A DNA stretch of 64,000 nt from Bdellovibrionales bacterium (GTDB lineage: Bacteria > Pseudomonadota > Alphaproteobacteria > Micavibrionales > Micavibrionaceae). Under the pieces are notes generated by a model. The model made no database searches, was not told the origin of the DNA, and saw only the letters and a program-made list of their open reading frames with translations. The stretch lies in contig JBBKWU010000021.1 in assembly GCA_037969035.1 (NCBI GenBank), forward strand, positions 43,178 to 107,177, in the 5' to 3' direction. The position numbers and the translations under genes are program-made. Below are positions 57,240 to 64,000 of this stretch, one piece after another (position 1 is the first letter of the stretch; each line of letters starts with the position of its first letter).

Positions 57240-58781
57240 ATGAATATCGATTTTACCTTTACTGAGTCACACACATCCAGTGCTGATGTTGCCATTTTAT
57301 GCGTTTACGCCAATAACCGCCTCAGCACATCTGCGGAACGACTGGATAAAGAAACAAATGGTGTCATTTCCGATATCCTTGCCCGTCAGAAGAAATTCAC
57401 TGGTAAAGCAGGACAAATATTATCCTTAAACGCGCCAAAAGACAGCGCGTATGGGCATTTCATCCTCGTTGGCTTTGGTGACGCGGACAAGCTGACAGCC
57501 TTATGCTACGAAACAGCAGGCGGCTCGGTTTTCCCGACTTTAAAATCACTCAGCGCAGAAAAAGCTGTGCTGTTCATTGATGATGAAGCCACACGTGAAA
57601 AGGTAACAAGCGGGTTAGCGACAGCTCATATGGTTACAGGAATCGCCTTACGCTCTTACAATTTCAGCAAATATAAACAACAAAACAAAGATGACGAAGA
57701 ATGCAGCAGCAACAACCTTTCCGAGGTGATTGCCGTCACATCCGCAAAAGACGCCGTTAAAGCAGCAGAGAGTGCCTTTGTGAATTTAAAAGCCAGCGCA
57801 GAAGGTACATTTTTGGCACGCGATCTTATGAACGAGCCACCGAATTTTCTTTACCCTGAAAGCTTCGCGCAAAGAATCAAAGACGAAATGAAGCCGCTCG
57901 GCGTGAAAGTCGAAGTGATCGACCATAAGAAAATGGAAAAACTGGGTATGGGCGCGGCACTCGCCGTTGGTAAAGGCTCAGAACGTCCACCGTGCATGGT
58001 TGTCATGCATTGGGATGGTGCTGGCAAAAAATCAGAAAATGCGCCTCTCGCCTTTGTTGGCAAGGGTGTCACGTTCGACACAGGCGGTATTTCGATCAAG
58101 CCTGCTGGCGGCATGGATGAAATGAAGATGGATATGGGCGGCGCAGCCGCCGTGTGCGGCCTCATGAAAACACTCGCGAGCCGTAAAGCCAAAGTCAATG
58201 TCGTTGCCATTGTCGGTTTGGCTGAAAACATGCCATCGCACAACGCGTACAGACCAGGCGATGTTGTGACATCGATGTCTGGAAAAACCATTGAAGTGCT
58301 TAACACAGACGCCGAAGGCCGCCTTGTTCTGGCCGATGCGCTTACATACATACAGAACACGTACAATCCAGAACTTGTGATTGATTTGGCAACATTGACG
58401 GGTGCGATCTTGGTTGCCCTCGGCATGGAATATTCAGGCGCCTTTATTAATGACAATGAGATGTGGGCAAACCTTGAAGATGCGAGCAAAAACACAGGTG
58501 AAAAACTTTGGCGCATGCCGCTTGATGAAGCTTACCGCAAGCAAATGGATGGAAACATCGCAGACCTTAACAACCTTGGTAACGAGGGGCGTTTTGGCGG
58601 TGCTTGCACAGCCGCAGGCTTTTTGGAGTGCTTCATTGATAAAGATCGCAAATGGGCGCATTTGGATATTGCAGGCACAATGGCGTGGAAAAAAGATAAA
58701 CCCACCGTTCCCAAAGGCCCTGTCGGGTTTGGCGTACGCGTTTTAAATAAATTCATAGCCGATCATTATGAGCAAAAATAG
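57240..58781 (+). CDS. pepA: leucyl aminopeptidase (M17)
   Basis: Motifs: FVGKGVTFDTGGISIKP, NTDAEGRLVLADAL and LATLTGA. Confidence 0.96.
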   Translation: MNIDFTFTESHTSSADVAILCVYANNRLSTSAERLDKETNGVISDILARQKKFTGKAGQILSLNAPKDSAYGHFILVGFGDADKLTALCYETAGGSVFPTLKSLSAEKAVLFIDDEATREKVTSGLATAHMVTGIALRSYNFSKYKQQNKDDEECSSNNLSEVIAVTSAKDAVKAAESAFVNLKASAEGTFLARDLMNEPPNFLYPESFAQRIKDEMKPLGVKVEVIDHKKMEKLGMGAALAVGKGSERPPCMVVMHWDGAGKKSENAPLAFVGKGVTFDTGGISIKPAGGMDEMKMDMGGAAAVCGLMKTLASRKAKVNVVAIVGLAENMPSHNAYRPGDVVTSMSGKTIEVLNTDAEGRLVLADALTYIQNTYNPELVIDLATLTGAILVALGMEYSGAFINDNEMWANLEDASKNTGEKLWRMPLDEAYRKQMDGNIADLNNLGNEGRFGGACTAAGFLECFIDKDRKWAHLDIAGTMAWKKDKPTVPKGPVGFGVRVLNKFIADHYEQK

Positions 58782-59745
58782 CCTATCCGCGGTTACGGAT
58801 AAATATGCTTATAAAATCACCAATCATGTCGCGCAGTTAAGTGAGAACAGCGATGCTGTCGCACGGCAATACATGCCTGACACGCAAGAGCTGAAAACCA
58901 CACCAGATGAGCTATTAGATCCGATCGGTGATGACGCGCACAGCCCCGTTAAAGGCATTGTTCATCGCTATCCCGATCGTGTGCTGCTAAAGCCCGTTCA
59001 TGCTTGCGCTGTATATTGCCGTTTTTGTTTTCGCCGCGAAATGGTCGGGCCGAACAAGGGGTTTTTAAGCGCAGAAGAACTCGATACCGCGCTCGATTAC
59101 ATCCGCGCACGCCCCGATATTTGGGAAGTCATTTTAACGGGTGGTGATCCGTTAATCCTTAGCCCGCGCCGTTTGCATGCTTTATTTGAGAAATTAAACG
59201 CGATAGATCATGTGAAAATCATCCGTATTCACACGCGCTTACCACTAGTTGACCCCGCAAAAATCAACGATGCGTTATGCGCGGCACTTGATAGCATCAG
59301 CGCAGAAAAAGCGCTTTATATTGCCCTGCACGTCAATCATGCCGATGAATTAACGGATAGTGTACGTGCCGCCATAGGCGCACTAAATAATTGTAAATGC
59401 ACACTTATTTCACAATCTGTACTTCTTAAAGACATTAATGATAACGTACAGGCGTTATCCGATTTATTCCGCGCATTGGTCACTCTCCACGTGAAGCCTT
59501 ATTACCTTCACCACCCCGACAAAGCCCCTGGCACATCGCATTTTCGAGTGTCCATTACGAAGGGGCAGGCATTGATGAAGGAATTGCGCGGTAATCTTTC
59601 AGGACTGTGCCAACCGACTTATATGTTGGATATCCCGCAAGGGTTTGGCAAAGTTCCGCTCACCCCGTGTTATATACACGGCACAAACACCGAAAACGAA
59701 TATACGGTTGAAGATCCGCACGGAACATTGCACGATTACATATAA
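58768..59745 (+). CDS. KamA family radical SAM protein (lysine 2,3-aminomutase / EpmB-like)
   Basis: 325 aa. The radical SAM cluster is CAVYCRFCFRRE. Other motifs: ILTGGDPL, RIHTR and YYLHHPD. It overlaps pepA by 14 nt and holC by 1 nt. Confidence 0.88.
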   Translation: MSKNSLSAVTDKYAYKITNHVAQLSENSDAVARQYMPDTQELKTTPDELLDPIGDDAHSPVKGIVHRYPDRVLLKPVHACAVYCRFCFRREMVGPNKGFLSAEELDTALDYIRARPDIWEVILTGGDPLILSPRRLHALFEKLNAIDHVKIIRIHTRLPLVDPAKINDALCAALDSISAEKALYIALHVNHADELTDSVRAAIGALNNCKCTLISQSVLLKDINDNVQALSDLFRALVTLHVKPYYLHHPDKAPGTSHFRVSITKGQALMKELRGNLSGLCQPTYMLDIPQGFGKVPLTPCYIHGTNTENEYTVEDPHGTLHDYI

Positions 59746-60194
59746 TGACCGCGATTCGATTTTATCATTTAGAGCAAAAAACGCTGGATCAGGCCTTGCC
59801 TGAAATTCTGGGAAAAGCCCTATCTGGCGATCATAAAATTGTCGTCAAAACAGGTGAAGAATCACAACTGCAGCGCTTAAACGACCATTTATGGACATAC
59901 ACCGCCGATAGTTTCCTGCCGCATGGCACGAAAAAAGAAGGTTTTGCCGAAAATCAACCCATATGGCTTACCGCCAAGGATGAAAACCCCAATGGTGCGG
60001 ATGTTCTTATTCTCACCGATGGCGCGACATCCGAATCCGTGGCCGATTTCAATCTATGCTGTGAAATGTTAGACGGGCGCAACCCCGAAGCGGTTAGTGC
60101 CGCACGCGGACGTTGGAAAGCGTATAAAGAGCAAGGCTTTGAAATTAGCTATTGGCAGCAAGACGAAAATGGCCGCTGGCAAAACAAGGCATAA
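59745..60194 (+). CDS. holC: DNA polymerase III subunit chi
   Basis: 149 aa. The motif is RFYHL....L....P.IL.KAL......VV ... LN..LWTY...SFLPHG. The conserved pepA-holC linkage is present. Confidence 0.88.
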   Translation: MTAIRFYHLEQKTLDQALPEILGKALSGDHKIVVKTGEESQLQRLNDHLWTYTADSFLPHGTKKEGFAENQPIWLTAKDENPNGADVLILTDGATSESVADFNLCCEMLDGRNPEAVSAARGRWKAYKEQGFEISYWQQDENGRWQNKA

Positions 60195-60254
60195 AAAAAG
60201 CGCAAACATCACGGTTCGCACCTTCTCAAAATTATATATCAAACACTGAATAAT

Positions 60255-60896
60255 CTAGTGATTAAGATTATCTTCCAACGCTTCAGGCTCTTTCACAGAT
60301 TCTTTAGCAGGCTCTGTAATCTCTGAGATTTCGAGCTCTTTGGCTTCTTCAAGAATGGCTGTCTCACTTGGCAGCGCGACAGGGCTGTCCGATAATGTTC
60401 TAAGCCATGCAATCATTGCCGCACGATCTTCCGGCTTTTTCAGGCCGATATAGTTCATTTTTGTGCCTTCCATCGCCTTTTTCGGCTTCCAAAGGAATTT
60501 GTTCAGCATCAAGTAATCCCATTGACCGCCGTGATCCGCAACAACACCAGAATAAGAAAAGCCAGCTTTTTTACCAATGCCGCGGTTCATAATGTTCCAC
60601 AAATTCGGGCCCGTTGCATCAGGACCACCTTTATTAAAACTATGGCATGCCGCGCAAGCGCGAGAAAGTTTTTCGCCATGCGCAACATCAACGCCAGCAA
60701 TCATCGCCAAAATAGGCTCTGGCATTGCTTCTTTGGTGGCGCCGCCTGCGCTGCCTTCCATTCCTTCAATCGGGTAAGCAAACTCGTGCAGGTCATGCAC
60801 ATCCGTTGTCTCTTTGGCTATAAAACCAGAAAGGCTTGCCACAATACCAGCAATCAATAAAGCTGCGAAAATCTTGTTAAATTCCATACCGCCCAT
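60255..60896 (-). CDS. membrane-anchored c-type cytochrome (CycM-like) with an acidic C-terminal tail
   Basis: An N-terminal TM helix (IFAALLIAGIVASL) is present. The haem motif is CAACHS, and there is a distal Met block (GTKMNYIGL). Confidence 0.88.
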   Translation of the reverse strand: MGGMEFNKIFAALLIAGIVASLSGFIAKETTDVHDLHEFAYPIEGMEGSAGGATKEAMPEPILAMIAGVDVAHGEKLSRACAACHSFNKGGPDATGPNLWNIMNRGIGKKAGFSYSGVVADHGGQWDYLMLNKFLWKPKKAMEGTKMNYIGLKKPEDRAAMIAWLRTLSDSPVALPSETAILEEAKELEISEITEPAKESVKEPEALEDNLNH

Positions 60897-61127
60897 GGGA
60901 CTATCCTGCTTGTTAGAAAATTACGCTTAATCTTAAAAACACAAAACTATATCAATCCCCATCTATAAGGACAAGGATCATGCAAAGGGATACCCCGTTT
61001 TTTTTAGCGCGGCAAGTATCCTTTTAAAATTCCGCTTAAAAATGAGCCTAAAAAGCGCAATTTATTGATTTTTCATCGATAAAATGCTTTTTATACAGAC
61101 GTTACAATTACAAAAAATTACAAAAGG

Positions 61128-62006
61128 ATGACGAGCGTGAGCCATAAAATTTCATTCCAAGGCTTTGCCGGTGCTTATTCGGATATGGCATGCCGCGCCA
61201 TGTTCCCCAATTATGAGACAGTGCCATGTCACGCGTTTGAAGATGCCTTTACTGCTGTGCGCGAAGGCGAGGCCGATTATGCGATGATCCCGATTGATAA
61301 TACACTGGCGGGGCGCGTGGCGGACGTGCATCACCTGATCCCTAAGGGCAGCCTTTATATCATTGGTGAACATTATGAACCCATCCGTCATGCCTTACTC
61401 GGCATTAAGGGCACAAAAATCGACGATTTAAAGCATGTTCACAGCCACATACATGCCATACCGCAATGCCGTAAATTGGTGAAAGAGCGCGGCTTAATCT
61501 CACACGTTCATGCCGACACAGCAGGCGCGGCGCGTGAAATTGCAGAAAAAGGCGATAAACAGCATGGCGCGATTGCGTCGACGCTGGCTGCTGAAATTTA
61601 CGGACTGGATATCTTGCAAAACGATATACAAGACGCCGATCACAACACAACACGCTTTTTGGTGCTTTCGCGCGAACAAATCATGCCGCCCATTGATGCG
61701 AACGTCATGACCAGCCTGATCTTCCAGACACGTAACATTCCCGCCGCGCTTTATAAGGCCTTAGGCGGTTTTGCCACAAACGGCCTTAGCATGAGCAAGC
61801 TCGAAAGCTATGTCGGCGCAGGGTTTAAAGTGGCGCAGTTCTTCTGCGATGTTGACGGCCATCCCGAGCGCGACAATTTCAAACTAGCACTTGAGGAGTT
61901 GCAATTTTTTGCCGATGACGTCAGGATATTGGGAACATATAAAAAACATCCATCAAGAGATGACACAGGGAACAATAATAATGAAATGGATCAAAATTCC
62001 AGATGA
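61128..62006 (+). CDS. pheA: prephenate dehydratase (PDT plus ACT domains, no chorismate mutase domain)
   Basis: Motifs: ISFQGFAGAYSD, AMIPIDNTLAGRV, TRFLVL, and an ACT-like C-terminus. The GTG at 61137 has a better RBS (aagga, 8 nt spacing) than the ATG at 61128. Confidence 0.93.
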   Translation: MTSVSHKISFQGFAGAYSDMACRAMFPNYETVPCHAFEDAFTAVREGEADYAMIPIDNTLAGRVADVHHLIPKGSLYIIGEHYEPIRHALLGIKGTKIDDLKHVHSHIHAIPQCRKLVKERGLISHVHADTAGAAREIAEKGDKQHGAIASTLAAEIYGLDILQNDIQDADHNTTRFLVLSREQIMPPIDANVMTSLIFQTRNIPAALYKALGGFATNGLSMSKLESYVGAGFKVAQFFCDVDGHPERDNFKLALEELQFFADDVRILGTYKKHPSRDDTGNNNNEMDQNSR

Positions 62007-62604
62007 ACTAATGGTGGAAGCCAATGGTTTTGCGTGGCAAGAAACGCTCGAAAAAAACGATGAAACCAAAACCAAAGATTTTCATCTGCGCTACAACTAC
62101 AGCGTGACACGCAAAAATTTATGCGTCGATGTCATTGAAGATTTACCAGACGGCACATCAAAAATCATTCTGATGACGGGTATATACGAAGAACCGCAAA
62201 ACATGCATTTGGCTGTGGCGGCGATCGAAAGAATATTTCCTGAATCGCAAATGGTGCGGGAGAAAGAATTTTCCAAACTTTCTGAGCTTCTGGCCTTATA
62301 CCGTGGTAGCTACAACAAACTGCCTGAAGAGTATTTCAACCGCTATAAAGAAGATTTAACCGATTCTTTTGCAGCCCTATATGCCGTTTATAAATATGCC
62401 CAAAAACATAAAGATGACGGCTCATCCGTCAGTGAAAAATTCAAAAATGTGGTCGAAGTTGACTTTAAATCCGGAAAAAAAGCTGACAAACCCGATATTG
62501 ATCTGGTAAAAAAGGTGCGTGGTGCTATCAAAACTGCAAACGATAACGATAGCCCTCTTAAACACACATTTGGTTTATTAAAACCGCAATCAAAGGATAT
62601 TTAA
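61981..62604 (+). CDS. hypothetical protein (207 aa, Lys/Glu-rich)
   Basis: The ATG at 61981 is preceded by aggga. It overlaps the pheA 3' end by 26 nt. I recognise no family. Confidence 0.5.
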   Translation: MKWIKIPDELMVEANGFAWQETLEKNDETKTKDFHLRYNYSVTRKNLCVDVIEDLPDGTSKIILMTGIYEEPQNMHLAVAAIERIFPESQMVREKEFSKLSELLALYRGSYNKLPEEYFNRYKEDLTDSFAALYAVYKYAQKHKDDGSSVSEKFKNVVEVDFKSGKKADKPDIDLVKKVRGAIKTANDNDSPLKHTFGLLKPQSKDI

Positions 62605-62790
62605 ATGCCTACTCATACAGAACTAGCCTCACGACTTCTTCGTGACGCCGCCGCTTTTTTCCGCACCGTCGGAGAACAAAACGAGCCGTTAAAAGTGCAA
62701 ATGGAAGAAAACGCCGATGTTTTCGAACAGGTTGCTGGCCTCTTAGAAACCGACCCAAATGGCACGTTGCCTGAAGACGACGAAGAGTAG
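62605..62790 (+). CDS. small acidic hypothetical protein (61 aa)
   Basis: Its start codon directly abuts the stop codon of the preceding ORF (taaATG). I recognise no family. Confidence 0.4.
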   Translation: MPTHTELASRLLRDAAAFFRTVGEQNEPLKVQMEENADVFEQVAGLLETDPNGTLPEDDEE

Positions 62791-62933
62791 ACCGGTAAAA
62801 ACCGCGATTAAACTCCCGATGTAATATCGCCTTGTCTTTATGTCCACAGCCCATTACAATGGTCTGTACATCAACTGCGCTTTGATTCTCCTGCATTCTC
62901 AGCATTATTTTATGGTTCTATAGAAAAATCCCC

Positions 62934-64000
62934 ATGGCACGTTATTCCAAAGTTGTAAAAAATAAATCTAAGAAAAAAAACCGTTTTCTACCGGAAACGG
63001 CGCATGTCTTTTTGGCGCGGCGTATAATTGACGCGGCTGCCGTTGTGTTTTTTGTGCTGGGTGCGGCCATTTTACTTTCTATCGCAAGCTACCATCACAC
63101 TGATCCCTCCGCCAATACAGCAAGCGCCGCGAGTGGTGCAGAGATCGGTAACTGGCTCGGTGTTCCGGGGGCTTATATCGCAGATTTTCTGCTGCAAACC
63201 ATTGGTTTGGGCGGGTTGATTTTCGGTATTGTTTTTACTGTTTGGGGCTTTCGCATTTATAAACGTCAATCACTCTCACCGTTATGGTTGCGGGTTATTG
63301 CGCTTGTTGTATCCGCATTCGCGGCATCCATTGCGGCAGCAAAAATTTCATCTGGCGGTTGGTTACTTGCCCCTTATATGGGCGGCAGTGGCGGGATAAT
63401 TTCATTACAGATGTTGGTACGCTTTGCGCCTGAAATCGGATCGCTTTCGCCTTATACGCTAATTGCTTGCATAGCAGGGCTAATAAGCCTCGCGGGCTTG
63501 TTTTTCGCCATCGCGATCCGTAAGGAAGAATACAAAGCCTTTGGCGCGCTTATTGTCGCTGGCGTATACACGGCCTTTGACGCGTCAAGCGCAGCCGTCA
63601 ACGCCTTTATTGATTGGGTGCGCCATTATGGTGATCCTGATTATGAATTGCCCCAGCGCGCCGCGAAAATCAAAAAAGAGCCCAAAGCGCCAAAGGCACC
63701 CAAGGTCGCAAAAATTCGTAAACAGCCTGCCATGTCCGATGATGATATAGACGACATCGATGACGAGCCTGTATTCGAAGCCCCACAACGCGTTGCGCCG
63801 CCTGTTTCGAGCAACATTAATGTGATCAAACCAAAAGCCGCCCCACAAACACCAAAGAAAACCCACCAAAGCAGCTTTGCGCTCGAGGATAGCGGCGAAT
63901 GGGAGCTTCCAACGATTGATTTGCTGGAAGAACCACCAAAAGAAGATGCCTCGCTCCAGCTCGATGAAAACGCGCTGCGTCAAAATGCCGAGCTCTTGAA
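62934..64000 (+). CDS. ftsK: DNA translocase FtsK, N-terminal part (3' end lies outside the window)
   Basis: This frame is not in the ORF track because it runs off the window end. An ATG at 62934 is followed by 4 TM helices (AAVVFFVLGAAILLSIASY, IADFLLQTIGLGGLIFGIVF, ...), a Lys/Pro-rich linker, and WELPTIDLLEEPP...LRQNAELL, which is typical of FtsK. Confidence 0.88.
   Translation, partial: MARYSKVVKNKSKKKNRFLPETAHVFLARRIIDAAAVVFFVLGAAILLSIASYHHTDPSANTASAASGAEIGNWLGVPGAYIADFLLQTIGLGGLIFGIVFTVWGFRIYKRQSLSPLWLRVIALVVSAFAASIAAAKISSGGWLLAPYMGGSGGIISLQMLVRFAPEIGSLSPYTLIACIAGLISLAGLFFAIAIRKEEYKAFGALIVAGVYTAFDASSAAVNAFIDWVRHYGDPDYELPQRAAKIKKEPKAPKAPKVAKIRKQPAMSDDDIDDIDDEPVFEAPQRVAPPVSSNINVIKPKAAPQTPKKTHQSSFALEDSGEWELPTIDLLEEPPKEDASLQLDENALRQNAELL

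Noticed and set aside
57851-58516. 221-aa minus-strand ORF inside pepA
   Set aside because: It is antisense to an unambiguous M17 aminopeptidase gene. The translation is Ser/Pro/Ala-rich low complexity, so I treat it as a shadow ORF.
63585-63983. 132-aa minus-strand ORF, plus other short ORFs between 63028 and 63983
   Set aside because: They overlap the open ftsK frame, which has clear FtsK N-terminal TM helices and linker features and simply lacks a stop codon within the window.

Overview
This 64-kb window reads like core chromosome of an alphaproteobacterium. It has about 60 densely packed genes on both strands. I found no rRNA or tRNA gene, CRISPR array, transposase, integrase or phage gene. 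Recognisable content, in order: the aa3 cytochrome oxidase cluster (coxB-ctaD ... ctaB-ctaG-ctaE-DUF983-SURF1); an M23 peptidase; an IalB-like protein; an ECF sigma/ChrR anti-sigma pair; an RNA methyltransferase plus aminotransferase; acetoacetyl-CoA synthetase; DsbD plus a thioredoxin-like protein; an orphan PAS histidine kinase; GST; a cytochrome b561-YceI fusion plus YceI; uppP; rsmD-rluB; tadA; a cNMP-EAL protein; purD; putA; xseA; a TerD / Ca2+ exchanger / TerD run; ettA; mlaC and mlaA; lptG and lptF; pepA, a KamA-like gene and holC; a membrane cytochrome c; pheA; and the 5' part of ftsK. The stand-out is at 44692-52962. It holds three tandem, anciently diverged paralogues (915, 953 and 849 aa) of a large polytopic membrane protein. 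They have conserved multi-TM ends and variable Cys-containing central domains. From memory they resemble the DotA/TraY family, but no other secretion or conjugation gene occurs anywhere in the window. They sit between ettA and the envelope lipid-transport genes mlaC/mlaA/lptFG. Secondary observations: an apparent TerD-CaCA-TerD operon with an expanded poly-Asp loop; a 98-nt structured palindromic repeat bracketing a two-gene operon; a 630-nt gene-poor gap containing short repeats; an ECF11-type autoregulatory promoter with a ChrR that appears to lack the ZAS zinc motif; and two orphan genes splitting the cox cluster. All functional calls come from reading the translations by eye. No database search was run.
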